A DNA stretch of 63,402 nucleotides, filler included, from Rhabdomonas costata (taxonomy: Eukaryota), in assembly GCA_019059605.1 (NCBI GenBank). It is 42 parts of 42 records of this genome, joined end to end, with 100 filler letters (N's around TTAATTAATTAA, not from the genome) between each part and the next. Parts side by side here need not be neighbours in the genome. Positions count along the whole stretch, not along the records: positions 61,992 to 63,402 come from JAHMHO010016697.1; 41 more parts are not named here. One strand, given 5' to 3'. A program made the translations under genes and the position numbers. Positions within the stretch are counted from its first letter, which is position 1; every line of letters begins with the position of its first letter. Shown one piece after another: positions 63,294-63,402 of the stretch. A model generated the notes under the pieces. That model had not been told where the DNA came from. It searched no databases and was given only the letters and a program-made list of their open reading frames with translations.

Positions 63294-63402
63294 TGGGAAA
63301 AAGGAGAAAGGTTTGGGTAGCAATTTAAGACCGGCCAGGGAAACTCGCAGAAGACTGGCAGCAGACTGACTGCCAAAACTGTTCAGCCGCGAACAAAACC
63401 AC

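Noticed and set aside
1-63402. Euglenid nonconventional (non-GT/AG) introns or a multi-gene operon-like system
   Set aside because: Every intron I could resolve has GT/GC-AG ends, and 1.4-kb unlinked contigs cannot show gene clusters.

Overview
This is not one locus. It is about 42 unrelated ~1.41 kb contigs joined by an artificial 100-bp linker (N44-TTAATTAATTAA-N44), so nothing can be inferred from adjacency across linkers. Contig ends carry G/T-only (5') and C/A-only (3') tags and fold-back hairpins typical of whole-genome-amplified DNA. The content is nuclear DNA of an intron-rich flagellated eukaryote with short GC3-rich exons and GT-AG introns (one probable GC-AG); the gene set suggests a euglenid (inference). 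Recognisable exons encode a proteobacterial-type citrate synthase, soluble fumarate reductase, WS/DGAT, axonemal dynein heavy chain, TTLL, HBS1, class III cyclase, ABCG, MoaC, F-box/LRR, RING-H2, ankyrin, a degenerate kinase, a chagasin-family inhibitor and a bacterial-like STAND ATPase. The most unusual items are an intact, compact DIRS-type tyrosine recombinase, a very AT-rich hairpin-rich contig with an orphan ORF (possibly viral or organellar), a TAG/GATG-rich non-coding family with a conserved hairpin, and two more dispersed repeat/MITE families. I cannot demonstrate a complete new multi-gene system because the contigs are too short.
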